Shown piece by piece: positions 55,321 to 64,000 of a DNA stretch of 64,000 nucleotides. The notes below the pieces were generated by a model. That model was given only the letters and a program-made list of their open reading frames with translations, was not told where the DNA came from and searched no databases. Source of the DNA: a virus (Duplodnaviria; Caudoviricetes). The stretch covers positions 1-64,000 of the IMG/VR virus record IMGVR_UViG_3300021400_001615; one strand, written 5' to 3'. How positions within the stretch are numbered: position 1 is the first letter of the stretch; the number at the start of each line of letters is the position of its first letter. Made by a program: the position numbers and the translations under genes.

Positions 55321-56107
55321 AATATACTCCTTTAATTATTTAATTCTCAAATAATTCTCTCCACATCTCGGCATATTCCTTTTCCGTTGCAAAAAGGAAG
55401 TATACGCCACCGATGTTTCCCATATACCCGGATGCAACCGGGTATCCTTTCATTTCCATTTTTTACTACCTACCTTTCCAACCGGATGATCACCACACCG
55501 TCTTCCGGGCTAAACACGGTGGACGTAGTTGTAGTAATCGAATAGTACCGGTTTCCTTTGACTTCCTTTGTGCGGCACTCTGCCTTGCGGATGTAGTGCA
55601 GAATATCGTGCAATACTTCCGGATCATCCGGCACATCATATCCGGCATTAATCAGCCCTTTGACAATATCCCGGGCGAGCGACTCCGTTTTCCTCTGCCT
55701 TTCTGTAGCAAAGAACACGTCTTTGCCTTTGAAAAAGAACGTAAATCCTTTCATTTCTTTTCCTCCTTTTGTTAAATTCATGGTTACAATAATGCCCACA
55801 AAAGACTCAATTTCCCTTGTGGACACAATCTAATCATGAATTATTTATTGTTCTTCCATTCTTCAATGGCAGCATAAATATCGCTTGTCCATACTTCCAT
55901 TTAATCATCTCCTTTCATTACAAATTTATTGACTTCCGGGCTTCCGACCAAACATAGTTCACAGTATATGCCGGAATTCCCCTCACGACTTCCGCCGGGA
56001 GATTTTCCTTGTTATCACCGTACACAGACAGTAATTCGCATGCGGTGACAAACAATTTTCGTAATATGGGATCGTATTCAAATGCCTTTGGCCAGGCTCT
56101 CATAATT

Positions 56108-58291
56108 TCACCCCCTTTTTTCCCTCATCACAAACTGGATGAAGTCTTCGACCTGCCCTGTCTGCCGGAGAAACTTTGCGGCATAATCCGCAATCATATT
56201 CTCAATCTCGGAAAGATTTAATCCCGCCCACGGGTCTTCTGGTTCCTCATTGTAGAAGAGAATAATCTCTTCTACATAGTCATCCGGCTCCGGCATGACA
56301 ACTTCCTCTTCCGGACGCAGGTTTTTTCCGGCACGGCGGTTCTTCCGGGTGTACGCCTTAGCGCCTTTGCTATACTCACGGAACCCGGTATCATGCACGT
56401 TGCCGTGCTTATCGATGAAATCAAAGGAATACTCAGCCTTCTCCTGCATCCGTCTCTTTGCACGTCGAGTCGCCTTGCGGCGGTCTGCACGGTTGCCTGA
56501 TCGCCGAGTTCCTCTGTATTCCAGTTCATCCGCCGGATCCTCAAACATTTCTCCAACCGTCTTGATTTTAAACATAGTTTTCCTCCTGTTTAATTATTTT
56601 CTTCGATGATAGTATCGTTGTCGATGACATAGTATTCGATCCATTCTATATCATCATAACTGCCCGGCACGTACAGTGCATATGTACACACTATTTCTCC
56701 GGGATTGATAAACTCCGGATAGTGAATATAATCATACTCACTATCTGTGTTTATAATTTGCCCATTCCCATCAGCATCCAAGCACACGCCTATGATGCGC
56801 TCGGCAATTCGGGCGTTGCCAACAAGTTGCGCCATTGTAAGATCATCGGTATCTACAAAGGTGATACCGTCAATTCCACAGCGTTCGGCAAAGTCCTCCT
56901 CCAGTTCAAGACCGGAGGAATAATCTTCGTACCAGTCACCGGATAACTCAGCTGCCGGGATCGGCGACACGAAACAAAGTGCCGCCATTGCTACCGCTCC
57001 GGTGAGAACGGTAGCGGCAAAAATCTTGTCGTTACTCTTCATACTCATCCTCCTCCCAGTCTTCGTCTATAGAAAGTAATTCTACATCCTGCCCGAATTT
57101 GGTCCAGACAGTACCGGCATTATACGCCAGACCGTCTTCTGTGAATTCCTGACGGACAATGTACGCATCGCCGCCGGTATTCTCCGCAAGGAAAGCTTCT
57201 GCAATCCTTCTGAGAATATCCTCGTTGTTGGCAATCTCTGTACGACTCACGCCGCAATAATTGCCATCTGACAGGCCCTCCCTGTCATAGGTGCCGCCGG
57301 AAGCATGCTGACGGCGTTGATAAACTCTGAGATATTGCCAGTGCCAGCCTTAAACATGTCAAACGCCATGCCAACTTCGCCGAGAACCTGTACCCGACGA
57401 TGATGGATCCTGGCGTGAGAGTCGGCGATTGCCATGTTTACGGAGTCTGGCAGAATGCCAGCTATCCCGTTGGAAATAGCTTCGATGTTGGCAAGCTCCA
57501 CACGGTTCTTGCCATCAATTTTGCGTGCTTTAGCCGTCTTGATTTGGACGGGCGTTCTTGTCAGGCTCATGATATCCTCCAGTACCCACTATCAGCCGGA
57601 ACTTTCCCGTTGTCCGCCACCCACGACGTGGACGTTGTGGTTTTCGGGTGGCATGGGGGAAGGCTTACGCCTTCTTATTCCCCTTTTTCGCCTTGGGAGC
57701 ATATTTCTCAGCCATGATGGGCGGGACCTGCTGCTTTTTGATAGTTCCGGCGTTGACCATAGCTTCATAGGTCTTCATGAAGACCATCTTGTAGCAGTTA
57801 TTGCCGTTGAAACTAGTCACGCAGGAACCCTCGGTGCGGACGAACTTCTTAACATCACCACGCTCACCGGCGGCATTCAGAATCTCCGGCACAAGGTAGC
57901 TACCGTCAACGTCGAGATTATAGGCGTTGAACCAGTCGATGATTGCATCCTCAGCAGTTTTGCCAGCCTTGCCCTTTGCAAAGTCCGCAAGAGCTTTTTT
58001 TAGGGTCTTGTCAGCTTCGGTCGGCGCATAGGTGGCTTCAGCTTTGATCTGATCCTTGCGCTCTTTGTCGAGCTGGGCAATCCGAGCTTCAAACGTGGTG
58101 CGCATCATGGGAATATTGTCCTCAAGACAGGAACCCCTCAGTTTTTCGAGTGCGGCAATGCCCGTTTCAATCTCTTCCTGCTCAGCCTTGAACTTGAGAT
58201 TGATTTCAGAACGCCACACAAAGCATCTCATAAAGTCAACAACCGCAACCGCAAGTTTCTTGTCACCCTTGAACCAGTCAATCCTCTTCAT
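56108..58291 (-). other. putative early-region hypothetical ORFs (155, 152, 72, 107 and 208 aa)
   Basis: Successive ORFs with RBSs; GC-richer codon usage. Confidence 0.7.
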
Positions 58292-58886
58292 AAGTAACCT
58301 CTTTCTCCCCTAGTAACACCCATGGGGGCCGGGCATTTAATTATTTGCTTGCGCTACTCTCATTTTCTCAGCCGGGCTTGTAACCGTCCTAGGCATGATT
58401 ATCGCTTTAGCTGTGGGCTCACCGGGCGCTTCGGTCACCCGGTACTAGAGCGCTACCTCTAGTCTTTCCGGTTTTTTTAAGAGACCGAAAACTCCCTCCC
58501 ACCAGTAGACACCCCTCTTGCTAGTGGGTAAGTGGTCGATTAATCCTCCGGCTGGTTCGGTTTATTCCCTACGTTCTTCCGGGTTGCGCTCCCCCTGCCC
58601 CTGCGGCATTATCCGCTCGTTATCTAGGGCAAGGCGCTATATAGACACCACCTTTATGTATAATCCGGCTTCACTTTTTGCCGTACTTTTTCCGGGGACA
58701 TGGCTTCTACCCGGTTACTGTCGTATTTTTAGCCCATTTCGCCCATTTTTCCCATAATTACAGAATGAGCTAAACTGTGTGCGTCACCACCTTTGAAATA
58801 ATACCAGTCGATAAGTTTCATAGCCCCCCTGAGAGGGTCGCCCCAATCGGTAGCCCCTGAGAGCCGTTCCGTTTGGAACTGTCACC

Positions 58887-58932
58887 ATTAAAGCACATAA
58901 AAACTGAATGTCAAATTGCCAAACAAGTGTTC
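58887..58932 (-). promoter_or_regulatory. leftward sigmaA promoter with an upstream LexA-like box
   Basis: TTGACA-16-TTTAAT; GAAC-ACTT-GTTT at 58921-58932. Confidence 0.55.
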
Positions 58933-59631
58933 TTCAAAATGTCGTTTTTCCCCGTACTTTCGGCACTTTTCCACAAATTATAGTTTATAGAAAAGTCACA
59001 TAATGAGCATGTGACCCGGGTATTTATAGCGAAAACGCGCCAGAAAAAAACGTTTTCGCCTAGAGCTACTCCATCCCCACACCACTAAAAATTTTTGCAC
59101 ATCCTCGCTCACCAATTCCCCAACTAAACCCCGCCCCACCACACAAAATCCGGCAATCGAGGAAAGCATCGCAGCAAAATCCCATCCACAAATACAAAAT
59201 ATATTTAACATCCCAGATACCCTCCCGGGGTATTTCCAGCCAAACACTACTTCGCCATATATAAACCCCCTTTACAAAACGAAATACACGCCATCCAAAG
59301 TGGCCGCCAAAAATCTTGGCGCGTACATAAACGTAAATCGGCCACGCTATCAAAATGTAGTAGCGTATAATTCCGCCCAATAACCTTCCATGCCCATAAA
59401 TTTTCCGCTACCCAATTCACCACACTTTTCCTCGCTATTAATAAAAATCATAGCCTAGATTATTTCATAACATATATTTTGAGTTATCCTTCATTTAATT
59501 AATAGATTTAGTATTATATTTTGTTAATTGGATGGGATGCGAAGCGTCGCAGACAATTAACTCGCAAGCCCCAAGAGTGGGGCGCTCCTGAAGCGAAGCG
59601 AAAGGATGCGAAAGGGGTTGATCTCTTTATG

Positions 59632-59677
59632 TTGACATTCTCTAAAATGTTTGATATCTTCTCAATTAAATAATTAA
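59632..59677 (+). promoter_or_regulatory. rightward promoter plus TAAATAATTAA motif
   Basis: TTGACA-17-TATCTT. Confidence 0.6.
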
Positions 59678-59706
59678 TCATTAATAGCAGAGAAAGGGGT
59701 ACGCTT

Positions 59707-60258
59707 ATGGCAATCCTGCAAAATCCTATGTCATTAGTAAATACTGATACCGGAGAGATCCTGGATGAATTTCATATTGGTGATAAACTATCAATACAAA
59801 GATCTGAGCAGATGGATTATGTTAAAACACATATACAGAATTTCAATTCCGACAAATCATTTATTAAAATATATGATGACGTTGTTCCACTGCTTGAAAA
59901 ATACCTGACAAATCCAGAATTCAAATTTGCAATCATTCTCAGTCCGCATGTTTCATATGAAGACTGTGTAATCAGGGAAACTACTAACCGCAAAAGTAAA
60001 ATATTAACTATAGCTGATATTGCCGAAATACATGGTTATAAATATGATTATGCTAAAAAAATAATGGCCTCATTAAAACATAAGGGTGTAATTGGTAAAC
60101 ATGACACCGGCAGCATCATCCCAGATGTCAATGACAACAAAATAGCTTATACAGTAAATCCCTATATTTATTTCCGTGGCAATAATATAAACAAGACAAT
60201 ATATTCATTTTATGAAAGCAGCGGATGGCGAGAATTACTCTCTGGCAAAAATAATTGA
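59707..60258 (+). CDS. RepL-like winged-helix protein
   Basis: VNTDTGEI, FIKIY and YTVNPYIYFRG motifs. Confidence 0.65.
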   Translation: MAILQNPMSLVNTDTGEILDEFHIGDKLSIQRSEQMDYVKTHIQNFNSDKSFIKIYDDVVPLLEKYLTNPEFKFAIILSPHVSYEDCVIRETTNRKSKILTIADIAEIHGYKYDYAKKIMASLKHKGVIGKHDTGSIIPDVNDNKIAYTVNPYIYFRGNNINKTIYSFYESSGWRELLSGKNN

Positions 60259-60546
60259 AAATTTCCTCCCACTACGTTCATAAGAATAAGAGGGAATCCC
60301 CTCCGAAAAAATGCCATTTCACCATTAATTTTTCAGCGTTATATTGAGGTCACTGGGGGGGACTATTTGTCCCTTTTTTTGCCAAAAAGGGGGTCATATA
60401 GTAACTGCACTACTTTAACGTGTTAAAGTGTTAAGGGAATTAATAGTCCCTAAAGGGAATTTTTTGGCAACCTCTTGACAAACTTTCCCGCTGATGATAG
60501 TATGATAATGTACCTTTAATTATTTAATTTAGAAAGGAGATTTACA

Positions 60547-61749
60547 ATGCAAGTCCCACAGAAGACGCAGGAACAGGTTGCACGGGAAGTTGTCCCATTT
60601 TATGGTGACCAGCTTATTGCAATTAAAGACAATGACGGTGAAATTTGGGCGGTTATGAACGACATCCTTCGCAACATAGGATTTGCCGACCAGAAAGTTA
60701 ATGATCAGCGCCGCAGTTTGGTAAATGATATTGTAATCAGTAAGTGGGTGAAAATTTTCACCCTCCCCTACCAGGGTACTTTTCGGGAAACAAACTGTAT
60801 TAATAGAAGGGCCATTCCACTTGCCCTCGCCAAAATTTCAATTACGCCAACCATGCGGCGTGACCAGCCAGAACTGGTTTCTAAGCTGATCAGGTACCAG
60901 GAAGAATGTGCCGATGTCTTATACAATCATTTTATGAATAAAAACAATCAGGATATGCCGATTACCAGAGAAGAACTCTCCCTCTTCTTAATGGAAACGA
61001 CAAGACTACTGCATCAGCATATTGACTGGATTGAAAAAAGAGACAAAGAGCGTGATGCTTCTATTAATAATATGGTAGATGTCATTAAAATGTTGGCATC
61101 AAACAGAACCGAGCCTTCAACAACTCAGATTCCAAAATTGAGCGCTTTGGACAGAATCAAGTTGGGTTCTGAAGAAGATAAAATTGATCAGCGTAAATGG
61201 CTGCAAGATGTTTGGGCAAACGTTCGCAAGGTCGCCGAAAGAACCGGTTGGAGTACTACAAATGTTTTCAAGAAGGTATATGCAATAATGGACGAGAATG
61301 GCGCGGATACACTCGGCAAATACAAAGTTTATCATTCCAAAACCGGGAAGTCTAAGATTAACATGTGTGCAGAAAACGCATTCCTCCGCAATGATTTTAA
61401 GAAAAGTCTTCTTAAATTAATTAAGGATATTTTCCCGGAAATATATGGAGAAAAGCCGACATCAAAAACTTCAGCAACGAAAAAAATTTCGCCCTCAAGA
61501 AAAATGCTTATGGTCCCGGCGAATGTAAAAGAATTAATTAAAGAATATTCTACTGCTAATAATATCTCTTATACTAAGGCTCAGTTTGAGATTTATGGCA
61601 AGATTGAAAAAGCGAAAAAAGTAAAGATTAATAATCTCGCCATGGCATACGCAAAATCCAACGGATATTCCAACTGCTCAATTGGGTATTATGTTTCTAT
61701 TAATAATGAAATGATGAAACTTTTGAAAAATATAGTTAGGGGTAAATAA
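60547..61749 (+). CDS. phage antirepressor (P22_AR_N domain) protein
   Basis: VPFYGDQLIA...IPLALAKIS...KLIRYQEECADVL. Confidence 0.8.
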   Translation: MQVPQKTQEQVAREVVPFYGDQLIAIKDNDGEIWAVMNDILRNIGFADQKVNDQRRSLVNDIVISKWVKIFTLPYQGTFRETNCINRRAIPLALAKISITPTMRRDQPELVSKLIRYQEECADVLYNHFMNKNNQDMPITREELSLFLMETTRLLHQHIDWIEKRDKERDASINNMVDVIKMLASNRTEPSTTQIPKLSALDRIKLGSEEDKIDQRKWLQDVWANVRKVAERTGWSTTNVFKKVYAIMDENGADTLGKYKVYHSKTGKSKINMCAENAFLRNDFKKSLLKLIKDIFPEIYGEKPTSKTSATKKISPSRKMLMVPANVKELIKEYSTANNISYTKAQFEIYGKIEKAKKVKINNLAMAYAKSNGYSNCSIGYYVSINNEMMKLLKNIVRGK

Positions 61750-61750
61750 T

Positions 61751-62509
61751 ATGAGCAAATACTATATTTCTAATAATATTCGATTTATACAGGGTCTTGG
61801 CAACTTAATGGATAATCCTACATCTGCCACTCATATGCAGCACAATGACGCGCAAAGGTATATTAGCATGCATCCGGATCATATGATGGTTAGAGTTGGA
61901 AAGAAACGTAGATATATTATTTCTACAAATCAGAAGTATGTCGGCAAAAATGGCGAAATAGTCAACAATATGTCTTCTGCTATTAATTTCGGCTCCCAGG
62001 ATGAGGCATTTTCTTATATTGATAATAATAGCGAAATCTGTGCTAAACTTGGCGATGCGTTTGTAATAGACGAAAATTTCAAAAAGATTCATAGAGAAAA
62101 AACAGTCAAACCGCAGCAGCCAAAGAAAAGCGCTAACGAGAATTCTGCGCAAAGAATTATATTTTCAAAGCAAACACGGCAGACAGTCTTGACTAACTAT
62201 AATTACACATGCCCAATTTGCGGCAAAACACTTTCTGCCGGAGACGTAACAATTGATCATATAGTTCCGCTTTCCAGAGGTGGCACAAATAGCTTGGATA
62301 ATTTAAGGCCAGTTCACTCTATGTGTAACCATATGAAAAACAATTGTACAGATGATGAATTCTACGGCGGAGTTGCTGACATTGCATGTAATTATTTGTA
62401 TAATTCGCCGCAATCAGAAATGGCAATGCGTATTATACGCAGTATGGTCAGGGGGACAATTCAAAATAAACCCGACTATTTTGGCGCTAATAATATTAGA
62501 GGGGTGTGA
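61751..62509 (+). CDS. HNH endonuclease domain protein
   Basis: CPICG...TIDHIVPLSRGG.N...NL...H..CN. Confidence 0.9.
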   Translation: MSKYYISNNIRFIQGLGNLMDNPTSATHMQHNDAQRYISMHPDHMMVRVGKKRRYIISTNQKYVGKNGEIVNNMSSAINFGSQDEAFSYIDNNSEICAKLGDAFVIDENFKKIHREKTVKPQQPKKSANENSAQRIIFSKQTRQTVLTNYNYTCPICGKTLSAGDVTIDHIVPLSRGGTNSLDNLRPVHSMCNHMKNNCTDDEFYGGVADIACNYLYNSPQSEMAMRIIRSMVRGTIQNKPDYFGANNIRGV

Positions 62510-62515
62510 TGTGTA

Positions 62516-64000
62516 TTGGGTCAGTATGGCTGGAAAATAAAAAACTTTAAAGCTGCGACAGTATATGGCAAAAATATAGGCATACGTGACAGGTATGACT
62601 ATACAGATGCCATGCTGCATCATTCGTTATTTACGGCGTGGCTTAAAAAAAATGGAATGACTACTGATAAGAATGATGAGTCTACCAGAGATATAATCTG
62701 TATGGATTTTCAATTTGGTCTGCGCAGTTATAGGGAAGAGGTAAACCATTTAAAGCAGATGAGAAAAGATGCTGATGGTAATCCGGAAAAACTGGCCGTA
62801 ATTGATATGCTTGATAAAAAGGTAGAGGCTAATAAGAGTCTGTACAAAAAATTAAGCAAAGATGATATACGGAAGATTTTTTATGAGAATGGTGTTCCTA
62901 TTACATATTCTTATACTAATAAAAAAACAAATGAGACGGTTAGCGAAACCATCCATTATAAAATGCTTTACCGTAATCCTTCCAAAGCTAAACAGGGAAG
63001 TTGTATGTTTATAAGGGAAGAGTTATATGATAAAGCATATGATTGGTTAACAATGGGGATAGGTGAACGTTTGCCGGATCATAATGCAAAAATTGTGGAA
63101 ATATCTGCATATGCACCACTCTCCACTTCTGCTATTGAGGGAACTGTACATATTCCGGTAAAAGATGTGCTTATTCTTAATGACCAAGATAGTTTCTTTA
63201 GAACAATTGCAGATATTGTTCGTGCTGAAGATTACCAAATTATGTTTCGCGGAAAAACTAAAACAAGGAAGCGTTGCACTGTACACAGAGAAGAAACTGA
63301 TGTAAAAAATACTTTATGGGATGGTATGGCTTTAATCGAAACCTCAATAATGCCCGACTGGTGCAACGGAATGGCCTTGTTAAGAAATCATTTTTTCAAG
63401 GCTTGTGCATTTCGGAGTAAAATACAAAAATTCTTATCAGATTATTGTTATGAACATAATATAGATTATGATACATATACAATTAGAGATATGTTTGGAA
63501 AAAAACATCTAGCCAAAGATATCAAAATGATTACCACGGATAATGCTATTAAATGGAAAAAGTTTACCGATTTAATAGGAGGCACTCTTCCGAAGGCGTA
63601 TAAATATTGGTGTAAAAGAGTTAAAGAAGATGGATCAATTTGGGGCATAGTAAAAACCGATCACCAATCAAAGCTTGGCAATGTACAGCAGATGTCTTAT
63701 CAGATGATTAATACTCTCCCATGTTCCAAAGAAGACATTGCCGAGATAGCTAAAACAAGTGTTGATTATGTCACTTTACTCCGCAATAATGATGATGAGT
63801 TCGAAAAATATTTGCGCAAAAACGCAAACATTATAAATCACTATGATATGTTAGCCGACATGAGAGACTGGAACAGCGATTTTAATAAAAGTCATATGTG
63901 GAAAGTTGATAAGTCAGATATTATTAATGCGTATGTGGCAAAATTGCGCAAGGGAAAAATTACCGTCAACGGTGATAATCTAACTGTTTGCGGTAATCCA
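62516..64000 (+). CDS. YonO-like single-subunit RNA polymerase (5' part, runs off the window)
   Basis: Open frame to the window end; LYRNPSKAKQGSCMFI, LWDGMALI, LLRNHFFK and IKMITTDNAIKW motifs. Confidence 0.75.
   Translation, partial: MGQYGWKIKNFKAATVYGKNIGIRDRYDYTDAMLHHSLFTAWLKKNGMTTDKNDESTRDIICMDFQFGLRSYREEVNHLKQMRKDADGNPEKLAVIDMLDKKVEANKSLYKKLSKDDIRKIFYENGVPITYSYTNKKTNETVSETIHYKMLYRNPSKAKQGSCMFIREELYDKAYDWLTMGIGERLPDHNAKIVEISAYAPLSTSAIEGTVHIPVKDVLILNDQDSFFRTIADIVRAEDYQIMFRGKTKTRKRCTVHREETDVKNTLWDGMALIETSIMPDWCNGMALLRNHFFKACAFRSKIQKFLSDYCYEHNIDYDTYTIRDMFGKKHLAKDIKMITTDNAIKWKKFTDLIGGTLPKAYKYWCKRVKEDGSIWGIVKTDHQSKLGNVQQMSYQMINTLPCSKEDIAEIAKTSVDYVTLLRNNDDEFEKYLRKNANIINHYDMLADMRDWNSDFNKSHMWKVDKSDIINAYVAKLRKGKITVNGDNLTVCGNP

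Overview
This 64-kb window is part of a large AT-rich temperate phage or prophage of Firmicutes (probably Clostridia), organised like SPbeta. Almost everything from 1 to 58.9 kb is on the minus strand. In window order it holds: many small accessory ORFs; a nucleotide-metabolism cluster (ThyA-family, DUF3310, deoxyribosyltransferase); a complete replication module (ERCC4 nuclease, DnaE, PD-(D/E)xK nuclease, DnaG, DnaB, SSB, Sak4-like ATPase); a cluster of tRNAs and tRNA-like RNAs; an SPFH / radical-SAM / 'WE(T/S)NSS' paralogue cluster with a LAGLIDADG gene; an SPbeta yopP-yopQ-yopR-like repression trio; and a GC-richer putative early region. After a divergent non-coding region, the plus strand carries RepL-like, antirepressor, HNH and YonO-like RNA polymerase genes. 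The top candidate for a new system is a stand-alone reverse transcriptase (51554-52804) followed by a tandem array of three ~185-nt structured ncRNA units (conserved flanks, variable long hairpins, covarying terminal pairing) and two unknown genes. Other strong oddities are a two-fold symmetric 'double-elbow' tRNA-like RNA with no anticodon, a palindromic ATRAAA-N6-TTTNAT motif at many small-gene junctions, and in-frame TAG codons in two otherwise intact genes. All calls come from reading the sequence and recognising motifs by eye; no searches or folding programs were run.
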